DNA of 64,000 nt from Octopus vulgaris (Eukaryota): the NCBI GenBank assembly GCA_951406725.2, contig OX597823.1, positions 43,772,001 to 43,836,000 on the forward strand. The letters run 5' to 3'. The translations under genes were made by a program, and so were the position numbers. Shown here one piece after another: positions 1 to 11,809 of this stretch. Positions within the stretch are counted from its first letter, which is position 1. Every line of letters starts with the position of its first letter. Under the pieces are notes generated by a model, which was given only the letters and a program-made list of their open reading frames with translations, ran no database searches and had not been told where the DNA came from.

Positions 1-860
1 TCAGAGTGATATACGTGTAGGGGGGTTTAATTTCATATCACACGCGTCATTTCCTCCCAGATGAAGTGTCAGATATTTTTGGAAGTCCTAGTGTTCATTT
101 TACCTCTCGAAAAATAGAAGTTCTAGCAAATAAGCACCGCTAGAATAGTGCGGTCATCAACATTGTGTACTTGCTATTGTGTGTAGCCCCATTCAGAAAT
201 CACTTTCTTCAACTTCTTATGATAATTATTAGCAGTTTCCGTATCAGCACTCACAATTTCGCTACTTGAACCTTTCAAACTAGCCTTTACTAGTCAAACA
301 GAGTTTTTCAAAAGACGTTTCACCTTTTTTCGGCAAATAGTCATATAAACATGTAACTCATTTTTCAATTATCCATTACGCCGATATTGACCTTCCATCC
401 ATACACACTCTCGAGTCATTCCATTTTAAGCACTATATGAGATCTATGGAAAAATAATGTCTGGACAGTTAACAGAGTAGCTTCTTGAGCACTTGATATA
501 ATTTTCTCTCTGTTATCAAGTATTGCTCCCACTGTAGACGTTACAAGATTTAATGTTTTGGCAAACTTAGTTTTACTTCCGCATCAAGTAACTTTAAAAC
601 ATGAAGTGTAATTCCTTTACGGCTCCTTTTCGTACTACTGACTTTAGGCTGGCTTGATAACTTCTTTCCATATATCTCAGACTGAAAGCAAATCCAACAG
701 CAGCAGCGATTAATCCACAGCAAATATGTAGCAAAAAGACTTGTCGCGGGAAAGATTTACTTTGTGAAAGCAGCGTTATTCCTATGGATGTAATAATGAC
801 AATGAGATGACTCAGGAAAAGAAAATACTGTGATTACAGTTAGCTTGAAGGGTTACAAGA
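1..860 (-). mobile_element. Decayed Tigger/pogo (Tc1-mariner) DNA transposon, 5' part: CENP-B-like HTH and start of DDE_1, with stops and frameshifts
   Basis: Hand translation of the minus strand gives RKGITL..VLKLLDA..KFAKTLNLVTSTVGAILDNREKII (HTH-psq/CENP-B N-terminus) and EIVSADTETANNYHKKLKKVISEWGYTQ*QVHNVDD (Tigger 'SAD..A...LKKII..GY..EQVFNVDE' motif). The upstream segment ctgtgattacagttagcttgaagggtt (~829-855) recurs at ~27766-27792 in another copy. Confidence 0.8.
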
Positions 861-899
861 TTTTATTAGCAATTCGCTACTTGCACTTCTAAGGAGACA

Positions 900-1154
900 G
901 AAAGGGAGAAGAAAAAAAAAACATAAAAGTTGATAGTTCAACTTTCCGAAGTTATAAAAACTAGATCATGAGTCTTTGGGTGCAATCCTACGTAGATCCA
1001 TGAGCAGTTTATTATTTAAGCTAACGTCGATTCCTCCGTGGTGTTGTTTTGCATGGATCTACGCAGGATTGCACCCAAGGACTCATGCTCTGGTTTTTCT
1101 AACTTCGGAAAGTTGAACTATGAACTTTTATGCTTCTTTTTTCTTCACGCTTTC
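900..1154. repeat. Inverted repeat with ~100-bp arms (900-1002 / 1052-1154) and a ~50-bp spacer
   Basis: 934-1002 is the reverse complement of 1052-1120 with 5 mismatches in 69 bp. Looser homology extends outward to ~900 and ~1154. Confidence 0.9.
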
Positions 1155-1240
1155 CATTTGCTTATTGTTTTACACCCTTCCTCTATGTTGTCATCTTATT
1201 GATATATACCATTCTCATTTTCCATACTTTCTTCCCCTAT

Positions 1241-1297
1241 TTGTATCTGATGACGGAATATCCCAAACTCGAGGATATCTCAGAAACAGCTATAAAA
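1241..1297 (+). ncRNA. Degenerate type I hammerhead motif, PLE-type
   Basis: CTGATGA at 1247-1253, stem II core atatcc/ggatat, GAAAC at 1283-1287, near-palindromic stem III acagctat. Stem I is poor. Confidence 0.5.
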
Positions 1298-1980
1298 ATT
1301 TGAATTTCTTCCTATAATAATATTGCATATGACTTAAGATATTTGTCTTGCCTTAATGTTTGGCGTCCTGTTCAACTATTATAAATCCGCTGCTTCGGAA
1401 ATCTGCAATGACTCCATAACTATGGTCTCGGCTATAAATAACCTTGGAGCCCCAATAATCCGTTACGGCACTTACCTAGTGTACCTAATCGTTTAGATCT
1501 CCTGTGAACTAAACCCCCATACTTTCTGTATATATGTGTGTGAGCGTGTGTGTGTATACATATGTATATATACACACACACACACACATATACATATATA
1601 TATGCATATATATATATATGTGTGTGCATATATATATGTGTGTGCATATATATATGTATGTATATAAACATGAACACACACATTATATCGATTTCGTTAA
1701 GGTGTTCACAAAAAGTGTGAGTGTCACAACCTACTCCATTTTTTTTTTATTAATGTTTCATTTCATCAACACTTATGTTTGAACAAGTCACCAATTAAAA
1801 TGCTATAACATTACACACCCACAAAAACACATGCACATACACTCACACATACTCATAATCCACCATGAAACTAGATTCTTCCCAATACTAATTTCTTTTC
1901 CGACCGTTTCATTTCAGCTGATTAAATTTTAAAACTATACAGTATCAAGGTAATCAGCAATAGTTAATTTTTTATATTTA

Positions 1981-1993
1981 CTACTATCATCAC

Positions 1994-2031
<38 letters not shown>

Positions 2032-2059
2032 CCACCACCACCACCACCATCACCACCAC

Positions 2060-2098
<39 letters not shown>

Positions 2099-2175
2099 TA
2101 TCATCATCAATCATTATCATTATCATTATTATTTAAATGATTGATGTTACTCTTCCAGAAAGTAAAGAAACAATA

Positions 2176-2225
<50 letters not shown>
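1981..2225. repeat. (ATC)n/(ACC)n/(ATT)n microsatellites
   Basis: Direct reading. Explains the D/G-rich spurious ORF. Confidence 0.95.
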
Positions 2226-2227
<2 letters not shown>

Positions 2228-2435
2228 GGCGGCGAGCTGGAAGAATCTTTAGCACAGCGGATGAAAAACTTAGCGGTATTTCGCCCGTCGCTACGTTCTG
2301 AGTTCAAGCTCCACCGATGTCGACCTTGCCTTTCATCCTTTCGGGGACGATAAAATAAGTACCCATGACACATTGGGTTTGGTGTAATCGACTAGTCCCC
2401 TCTCCAATTGCAGGCTTTGTGCCTTTAGTAGAAAG
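2226..2435 (+). mobile_element. SINE with Nin/Deu-type central domain
   Basis: Head aaggcggcgagctgg followed by gtcgaccttgcctttcatcctttcggggacgataaaataagtacc. Homologous to 48304-48537 and 60530-61113. Confidence 0.85.
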
Positions 2436-2442
2436 GATTATT

Positions 2443-2529
<87 letters not shown>

Positions 2530-2559
2530 GCTGTTGCTGCTGTTGTTGTTGTTATGTGG

Positions 2560-2820
2560 ATGCATGGTTAGAGTGTTGCGCTCATGATCGTGTGATCGTA
2601 GTTTCAATTCATAGCCCGGGTGGTGCGTTGTGTTCTTGAACAAAACACTTCATCTCACGTTGCTCTGCGATCACTTATACACCTGGTGCTAATTCAGGCA
2701 ACGTCGATTTGGAGAAATTGAACTAACGTAGAATACATACATTTGATCACTCTAGACAAATCATTTCTGCAGGTTATTCAGCAAAAAGACTGAACACTCA
2801 TACGTCGTCTTCGACGGGTA
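2560..2820 (+). mobile_element. Degraded tRNA-derived SINE
   Basis: Pol III A/B-box-like head (tggttagagtgttg...gtttcaattc), then gcgttgtgttcttgaacaaaacacttcat, which is shared with the copies at 22615 and 31270. Confidence 0.7.
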
Positions 2821-3040
2821 AGTCCATTGTTATTTTTTTAATTATTATTAATGGGGTGATTTTTAATTATACGCTGTTCATTGTCTGTCTATGTATATAT
2901 AGTGATAAGTTTCGATATCTAAAAGAATATGTCCGGCTGGTGGCGGAGACTTGCACGTAGAATCGAGCTCTGTCTCACAAACAGTCCTTATCTCATCTTA
3001 TTCGAAATCAATGTCGTTGAATGAAATCCATGGTGATTGT

Positions 3041-3425
3041 GGATGGGAAGCACTCCGTCGGTTACGATGACGAGGGTTCCGGTTGATCCGATCAACGGAA
3101 CAGCCTGCTCGTGAAATTAACGTGTAAGTGGCTGAGCACTCCATAGACACGTGTACCCTTAACGTAGTTCTCGGGGATATTCAGCGTGACACAGAGAGTG
3201 ACAAGGCCGGCCCTTTGAAATACAGGTACAACAGAAACAGGAAATAAGAGTGAGAGAAAGTTGTGGTGAAAGAGTACAGCAGGGATCACCACAACCCTCT
3301 ACCGGAGCCTCGTGGAGCTTTAGGTGTTTTCGCTCAATAAACACTCACAACGCACGGTCTGAGAATCGAAACCACGATCCTACGACCGCGAGTCCGCTGC
3401 CCTAACCACTGGGTCATTGCACATC
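3041..3425 (-). mobile_element. Full-length tRNA-derived SINE with target-site duplication
   Basis: Minus-strand head gcaatgacccagtggttagggcagcggactcgcggtcgtaggatcgtggtttcgattc (A and B boxes). Flanked by the direct repeat atccatggtgattgt at 3026-3040 and 3423-3437. Confidence 0.9.
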
Positions 3426-4499
3426 CATGGTGATTGTACTATATTCACCAATACTGATCACCTAACAGCAGCTGGTGCCCAGATAGAGTAGCGGCCAAGC
3501 ACGTTGTGTGTATAACAATGCTCCACTGGACTCTGCATGTGTTGACGGGTCTTAACTGATACCAGTCGTTTATCAGTCGTTATATCATCAACTTTTAATA
3601 AAGAATTTCTAAAAGAAGAGGAAATCTTTAATACAATACTCCGTTTCTACGTATCTCACGTGTTGCAGTCTTCACATTCTCTCTCTTTTAATTTTAGTCG
3701 AATAAGAATGGATAAATCTTTGAGAGAGGCTGATATCAGTTAATCCTGACAAAACCAGCGCAACAACTTCCCAACTAGTAGACGATGACGATATCTTAAC
3801 AGAAAAACAGATTTTTTCCATGCCTCAACATACAGTATTCCGAGAAAAGCGACGGGAAGTCAGTTTTCATCACTCCTATAAAAAAAAATCTGTAGAAATA
3901 TAGCTGGACAGAACAAGTATTTCTCGAAACCGCCGACGTTCGTTGGTCCCACTAGCACAAAGAAGAATGTTGCCGGTATTAGCATCATGTCTCCAGACTG
4001 GGGTTAATTTCATCTCTTCCGCCAACCAATCACAGAGGCCTTGAAAATGGCCCTAGGCGAGACTGCTCTCTCTTCACTGAGTTAACCAGTAATATATACA
4101 AAAACAAACGATGCACAATTAAAAAAGCGTAAACATTAAACGATTTTTTTTTCTTTCATTAAACAACTAAAGTTTTGTGTCTACAGAGGAACTAAATTGA
4201 GATGAAGTTAATAATAGTGTTTAACAGTGAATGTATTAGAAATATATTTGAAGATGTAAACAATGGGAATTTTATTGAAATATAAAGTGTGATAGTATGT
4301 GTATGTATGTGCTAGTGTTTATATGAACGTATGCTAATGTGTGCATCATACTGGTGTAAGTAGGTGTTCATTTCAGATTATGAATGAGAAATATTGACTT
4401 TTCATCGTATCGTGTGTGTGTGTGTGGTTGCGCGTCCGTCTGCGTCTGCACGTGTGTGGTGAGAAAGAAATGCGTAAGCGGGCGAAAGAGAGGGATCCT

Positions 4500-4511
4500 A
4501 GTGCGTGTATG

Positions 4512-4570
<59 letters not shown>

Positions 4571-4597
4571 ATATATACATATATATATGTGTAAATG

Positions 4598-4642
<45 letters not shown>

Positions 4643-4647
4643 ATATA

Positions 4648-4703
<56 letters not shown>

Positions 4704-4761
4704 CATATATATACATATATATATATACATATATATATATACATATATATATGTGTATATG

Positions 4762-4798
<37 letters not shown>

Positions 4799-4859
4799 CA
4801 CATACAGATATGCATATATATATATATGTATGCACATACAGATATGCATATATATATAC

Positions 4860-4891
<32 letters not shown>

Positions 4892-5408
4892 GCACACACA
4901 CACACATATATATATACCCATATACGCACGTTTATAAATGTACATGTACATCTATAGATCAAGTATTTCCTCTGTGTGTATGTACATACACATACATACA
5001 TACATATCCGGGTTAACACTAGATTGATACTATTATCCACATGCATGCCTACGTGCGTGGATATATACATCCACATATTTTTACATGTGTGTGTGTGCAT
5101 GCGCGCGCGCGTGTGTTATGATTAATTAGTATAGTCCTACCAATAAAATACACATCAGAATCATGTTAAACCATAAAAAACAATTATTACATCTCAGGAG
5201 TTGTTTATGAAACCACTATAATTATACAGCTTTAAAAAAAATAGTACCCAATACATACACACGTACACACAGGCGCACATATACACAAGCACATATACAC
5301 ATATACATACATACGTATGAACATGCAAATACACATAAACACATGAATACCCATACAATAACATATAACAAACGTACACATATATTACAGTGTACATGAA
5401 GATGTATG

Positions 5409-5476
<68 letters not shown>

Positions 5477-5815
5477 TGTATGTATGTATGTATGCATGTA
5501 TGTATAATATATATATATATTTATGTAGATATGAATATATATACATACATAAATATTTCTATATATATATGTGTGTGTATGTATATATGTATGTATATAT
5601 ATATGTGTGTGTGTGTTTGTGTATGTTTATATGTGTATATATATATATATGTATATATGTATATATATGTATGTATGTATATATATATATATAAACATGT
5701 GCATACATATAGATATACGTGCATGTGTATATGTGTGTATGTATGTATGTATGTATGTATGTATGTATGTATGTATGTATGTTTGTATGTATGTATGTAT
5801 GTCCATATAAATGTA
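4500..5815. repeat. Compound (TA)n/(CA)n/(TATG)n microsatellite field
   Basis: Direct reading. Source of the Y/I/H-repeat ORFs. Confidence 0.95.
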
Positions 5816-6620
5816 GACTAATCTGTGGGGAGTGAGACTGGTTGAGGAATGTGGACGAGTGGAACAGAGACCAATATAATCAGAAAGAAAGAAAAGGAAT
5901 GTGAATAAATGATAGTGGCTGTGGGGGAAATGGTGGCGGAGTATTAATAAAGATAAACTGATACTAAGGAAAGCCAAGGAGAAAAAAGACAAAAGAAGAG
6001 AACAGAAAGAGAGAGGAATATAGAGAGAAAATGGAGTAGCAGGTGAGAGAGAAATGCAGTAGGAGCCGGAGAAAGAGGAGAAGGAAGAAAGGGAGTGGAA
6101 TATAGAGAGAAGAGGAGAGAGAGGAGAAAGGAAAAAAACAGAGAATAGAAAAATGAAAGAAGAGAGATAAAGAAACAATAACGAAATAAAGTGAAAAATC
6201 AGCGAAAGGAACCGAGTAAGCGAGAGAAAGGGTTAGTGTGTGTATGTGTGTGTGTGAGGTGCAATTAGTTTTTCCAGTCGTTGGCTTTAATTACTATAGA
6301 GAGCGATAATATGAGGGGGAGATAGGCGGACGATGAGAGAGAGAGACAGAGAGAGAGAGACTATAAAAGCTAAAAGCAAATAAGAGAATAGGAAACGTGG
6401 AAGTGTAAAAGAGACTCTGGTGATGAAAGTCAGTTTTAGAAGCAGTGAATTTAACTATTAATCTACTTGTGACCACCTCTTCCATTGCATCTCTCCAGCC
6501 TCACTTCCGTCTCTATCTCCTCGTTCTTATTTTATGTGTCCGCCATCAACCTGTCTGACATTGTCCAATTAAACTAAATATTTTTAACTTCTAACACCGC
6601 GATGGTAACAGTTTTATTTT

Positions 6621-6689
<69 letters not shown>

Positions 6690-7289
6690 CAAAAAGATTG
6701 GAAACATTGGATACCGGATGCAACAGTTAAGTAGTCAAGAACATATCTGTATAGGAGGTGGTCTGGAAGAGAAGTCTGTGCTCATAGTCTTCACTCGGGA
6801 CAATCCATTCGCGAATAGAAATATTGAGGCATTGATAATAGGTGCAAATCGACAACTACAGGAAATACATGTGCAAGGGTAAGTTCTAGTGGAGCAACAT
6901 TCTCCGGAATAAGGACAGGATGGAATGGTTGATGCTTAACCATTTGCCAGTGCGAAGCATGTTCATAAGTTTGTCCTAAACATCCATGCTTGATTTCAGA
7001 CTTTTACTTCTCACTCGCTTCATACGTCTCGATTTATTCTCATGGCTGAAAAAAAATGAGAACGTGTATCCTATATGAGGCATAGACGCCAGGGTCATAT
7101 GGCTTGTGTATCACATGGGATACAGAGGACAGAGAATGGGTTATATGGACATCATACAGGAAATGAAAGAAGGAGACCCAGGTGGTGAGCCAGACTGTCC
7201 GGGTGGAGGTGACATGAAGCCAGCCATCTATCAAAAAAGGATACCACAGCAACTAAGCCAGACAGAACTGATCAGCCTTGTGTATACAT

Positions 7290-7297
7290 ATATATAT

Positions 7298-7363
<66 letters not shown>

Positions 7364-7482
7364 GGATAGTTAGATAGATAGATAGATAGATGGATGGATG
7401 GATGGATGGATGGATGGATGGATGGATGGATGGATGGATGGATGGATGGATGGATAGGTAGGTAGGTAGGTAGGTAGGTAGG

Positions 7483-7571
<89 letters not shown>
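7290..7571. repeat. (GATA)n-(GATG)n-(GGTA)n compound tetranucleotide repeat
   Basis: Direct reading. Similar arrays at 23935-24062, 36712-36790 and 43080-43285. Confidence 0.95.
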
Positions 7572-7769
7572 TATACACTATATTTATTTTAGATATGAAG
7601 GCGGCACGAGGGCATAGCCGCAGTTCAGTTACTGATACAAAAAAGCTAAGAGAAACTTATGACTTCCTCCGAATGAAATGCTCCCCTATCTTTTTCAGTA
7701 TTTTCTCTCCTTCCTCTCTCTCTCTCCTTCCATAATGAAATACTACACTGAAAATTAACCCTTAGTTAC

Positions 7770-7817
7770 TTCGTACTGAAGAGACTCAGCCAAGTCCAAA
7801 TAGCAGCTATATATGAA
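7770..7817 (+). ncRNA. Near-intact type I hammerhead ribozyme with one core substitution (G12 to C)
   Basis: Stem I ttcgta (7770-75) / tatgaa (7812-17), CTGAAGA 7776-82, stem II gact/agtc, CAAA in place of GAAA at 7797-7800, stem III atagc/gctat, UA cleavage site at 7810-11. Confidence 0.75.
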
Positions 7818-8022
7818 TTATAGGAATATTATATTTGAAATGGGAAACGAAAGAAAATAGAATTAGATAAACGTATAAAGATTGTATATTTCATTCCATT
7901 AAGCTCAAATGTACTTCAGTAAGGTAAAAATATAATAATATTCGCGTTTGGAAAGGCGAGGATCGCCTTTCCAATAGAAATGAACAACCAATAAACCAAC
8001 AGCTATGTAAGTGTATGTGTGT

Positions 8023-8097
<75 letters not shown>

Positions 8098-8209
8098 TTG
8101 TATGTTTGTATATGTGCGTCCAACTGGCTGCATTAAGTTCTGTCCTTCCTTTGCTGCAGTAGATGTAGAGTAGAGAATTCAAGTTTATTCCAAAATCACG
8201 CATTTATGA

Positions 8210-8800
8210 GCTCATCACCACCATCACCACCATCAACACAACCACCACCACTACCACCACCACCACCACCACCATCATCACCCTCATCATCATCAACATC
8301 ATCTTCATCATCATCATCATTGTCATCAACATTATAATCATTATCCTGACCACTATCATCATCATCATCGTCATTATCCTCATCCTCATCATCATCATCA
8401 TCATCCTCATCATCATCATCTTAACGCCATCGTCAATGTTGTTGTTATTGCTGTCTTGCTGTTGTTGTTGTTGTTGTTCCTAGATGGTTAACTGCCAAGG
8501 CATAATTATACAGTAAGAATATATTATGGACCAGTACTGACATAACGTATGTTAATGGCCAGGAATTATTAGTTTGAGGATTGTATAGAAGAGAGAATTC
8601 TGGCTTAGAAATACTTGCTTTTAATAGAGCCTCATCATTTTAACCGATTCCAATTCGAAATCAATCCATTTTTAACCAATTCAGTAGTATGAGGAGTGGT
8701 TGGAGAGCCAGTGGGAGGGCAAAACAGTAGGAACGTAATTAGGTTTCATTTCGTTTCACTAAGTCTTCTACTGCCATTGCCCCTTCTACTACTACTACTG

Positions 8801-8845
<45 letters not shown>

Positions 8846-8848
8846 TTT

Positions 8849-8887
<39 letters not shown>

Positions 8888-8917
8888 AAACTACTACTAC
8901 TATTTCTACTACTACTA

Positions 8918-8948
<31 letters not shown>

Positions 8949-9188
8949 CGCCGCCACTACTACCCCCGCCAATATTACAACTGTTACTAACATTACAACT
9001 ACTACTGTCACAAGTACCAGCACCACCACTACAACGACTACTGCCAGTACCACCACCACCACTGCAACCACCACTACCCCTATCATCACCACCACCATCA
9101 CCACCACCAAAACCACCACCAAAACCACCACCAGCACCACTACCACTACTACTATTACTGCTACTAATGCCACTGCCACCACCACCAT

Positions 9189-9220
<32 letters not shown>

Positions 9221-9310
9221 TGACTACTACATCTAATCATTCACTTGCTCTTCGCTTAAATTCTTATTTTTATCATCATCATAATCATCATAATCATCAT
9301 CATCATCATT
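8210..9310. repeat. (ATC)n, (ACT)n and (ACC)n trinucleotide repeat fields
   Basis: Direct reading. Explains the poly-L/S/V/P ORFs. Confidence 0.95.
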
Positions 9311-9606
9311 GTGAGCATCATTCCCATTATTCTCAGCATCTTAATCGTCATCTCTATCGTCTTGATTATCATTTCCATCCCCCATCATAAGATTTACCGA
9401 ATTTTGTTTTCTTTTTTTGCCTTTGCTTCCCATCCTTTCTGCGGTCTCTGATCCCCATAACTTCCACTGTATTACGGCCAAAGATATTAAGCTCAATAAA
9501 TATCTTAATGTGAGTGTATATTTATGCGTGCGTGCTTATATAAGCGTGTGGGGCATGCGCGTGTGTCTGTGCGCATGTTTGTGTAAACATTCACACACAC
9601 AGATAT

Positions 9607-9637
<31 letters not shown>

Positions 9638-9640
<3 letters not shown>

Positions 9641-10214
9641 GGAGAATTCACGAAAAAAACAAAAGACGAAGACAGGTGGTGTAGACAACAAACAGATGTA
9701 TTAGTATAACGCTCGGGAATTAAAAAAGTCTTTAATGTTACGAGCCTACGCTCTTCTACAGAAAGAAACAAGGAGAGAATAAAAATGTGTGTAGTGGCTA
9801 GTGATGTATCATGGCGAATGCCGCATAGAAGAGTCATACAGGAGAGCTAAGAAGTAGAGGAGATAACAAAGTAGTAGTGATCCCAAAATGAAGGTGCGCG
9901 TGTGTTTAAGGGAGTACGTATGTGCGTGTCAAATAGGGCTAGTGATCTTGACGTGTGCGCGTGTGTATGTGTAGGTGTGAAAATGTGGTGATTGGAATTG
10001 GTCAGTGCTGGTGAAGGAGTCGGTGATGTGATAGGGTCCATGATGAGTGCCGGTGAAGAGGATGGTGTCGGAGAGGTAAGGGCAAGTGCGGAGAAGCGTG
10101 GGCGGGAGCAGGGGAACGAGTCAGACTGGGAGGTTGGTTTGAGGAAGAAGCTGTGGACCAAGAGGTCTCATAGGTTGTGGTCTCGTTTGAAAGAGAGGAG
10201 GGGGTCGGTTAGGG
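9638..10214 (-). mobile_element. Penelope-like element remnant: RT/GIY-YIG linker fragment plus pLTR with decayed hammerhead
   Basis: Minus strand reads PLLSFKRDHNL*DLLVHS, matching the PLE 'P..AFRR..NLRDLLVHS' motif. HHR-like tcttt CTGTAGA A gagc-gtag-gctc GTAA cat t aaaga at ~9728-9765. Confidence 0.7.
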
Positions 10215-10231
10215 ATATATATATATATATA

Positions 10232-11148
10232 TTGGTGTCCTGTACTCATATATGCGTGTATATATACATGTAGAGGTTGGTACGTACATATATGTACATA
10301 TATATGCATATGATTTATTTATTAATATATTATATGACGGAACGCACGCATCCCTTTCTAAGTAAGATTGTTCTCGATATTAATTTTGATGCGCCCTCTT
10401 AACCTTTCTGTCCCATCCCTTTCTCAGCCATCATTCTTTGATTTCCTTTTCTTCTACTTAACTGTCTCTCCCTCTCTCTCATTCTTCACTCTCTCTCTCC
10501 CTCTCTCTCATTCTTCATGGTTTCCTCACAACAATTCCCCTTTCTTCTCTCCCTTTCTCTTGCTCCTCCTCCTCCCTCCCGTCGTTGACCCGCGACGAGA
10601 GCTCCGCTACTGTCTTTCTAGCCTGTACCTTCTTGAGGTGTGGACGGCAATTCTCTTTGCTCCGTTCGCCATTCACAGAATTTAGCGTTCGTAATACTTT
10701 TTTTCGTTCGGCGTTAACAGCCCTGCTTGTCTTGTTATTTTCCTTGTCCTGTCTTTTACTGCTTATATTTTGTACTGTCGTTACTGTCCTGGTTTTGTTA
10801 CCATTTTACCCCTCTGCAAAAAGATCTCAAATTTTATTTGATTTGCTTTTCGCAGGAAGGAAAGTTTCTTATCGAAGTTACGTCTCGCCTTCACCTTCGA
10901 AACGTAGAGTAGATGAAACCATGGCGACTGAAGAAGGGGTTTTTTCCTTGTGTTATTTGTCCTGTACTCTTTTTTGTTGTTTAAAAAGAATGTCCAGTTC
11001 CTTGTGTTTGTGTCTATGTTTTCGTTTCTCATTGTGTTCGACGTTTTTTTTGGTGTCCTGTACTCATATATGCGTGTATATATACATGTAGAGGTTGGTA
11101 CATACATATATGTACATATATATGCATATGTTTTATTTATTAATATAT
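10232..11148 (+). mobile_element. Non-coding retroelement with ~99-bp direct terminal repeats (818-bp period) carrying a permuted hammerhead; retrozyme-like or non-autonomous PLE
   Basis: 10232-10330 matches 11050-11148 with 2 mismatches. 10770-11148 is homologous to 21939-22325. Flanked by (TA)n. Confidence 0.75.
10879..10940 (+). ncRNA. Non-circularly permuted (pseudoknotted) hammerhead ribozyme candidate, copy 1
   Basis: TACGT-C-TCGCC (10879-89), then CTTC-GAAACGTA (10895-10906), then GGCGA-CTGAAGA-A-GGGG (10923-39). Stems I and III are perfect 5-bp helices. GUC cleavage site at 10882-84. Confidence 0.75.
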
Positions 11149-11418
11149 ATATATATATACATGTGTGTGTGTGTGTGTGTAAACATGTACATATACGTAT
11201 GTATATATGCATATATATATATCCTTGTGATATTAATAGCTGAAACTGTACGGTACGTAGGTGATTATTCCATTTAGTATATTTCTTTTGTCTTATCCAT
11301 TGCTTTAGGTCGTGCTGAATTTTATTTTTATTTGAGAACAAAATCTTTGTGGAGAATGGCGATTTGACGTCTATATCTAGCATGTTGACTGTCCACCTTT
11401 CGTGTTCAGTCCTTAATT

Positions 11419-11472
<54 letters not shown>

Positions 11473-11501
11473 GCATATACAAATATAAATTTATATATAT
11501 A

Positions 11502-11806
11502 CTAGCAGTATCGCCCGGCGTTGCTCAGGTTTGTAAGGGAAATAACTATATAAGCATTTTTAGAGAGTTACTTCCCTTATGTAACGCGAGCAAGAATCAT
11601 AAAAAATGCGGAAAAATGATGGTAATTTTTTTTAAATCATAGACTCATTGTAGACGCGCGCTAATACCCAGAAGGGCGCGATATAAATGACGACTATAAG
11701 ATACCCGCTTTTGGTTAAACTGCACCGCAAAATGTGGGAGTAGTTAGGAATCTAAATCTGAGGAGACAGAGTCTCACACACACAACTTCAATTTTATATA
11801 TAAAGA
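11502..11806 (-). mobile_element. Non-autonomous Helitron, 305 bp
   Basis: Minus strand starts A|TCTTTATATATAAAA and ends with a GC-rich hairpin (cctgagcaacgccggg) followed by CTAG|T. Inserted between A and T with no TSD. Confidence 0.85.
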
Positions 11807-11809
11807 TAT

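Noticed and set aside
3345-3425. tRNA-like sequence; also at 31410-31486 and 40884-40950
   Set aside because: These are SINE heads followed by SINE bodies, with no complete cloverleaf. Not tRNA genes.
4368-5821. Long ORFs of YI/HT/CV repeats; also poly-L/S/V/D ORFs at 8696-9240 and 53036-54576
   Set aside because: They are translations of di-, tri- and tetranucleotide microsatellites, open in several frames and on both strands. No coding evidence.
6685-7280. Possible exon or LINE remnant (ORF 7106-7309)
   Set aside because: No recognisable domain or splice structure. Only a faint resemblance to an RTE 3' end.
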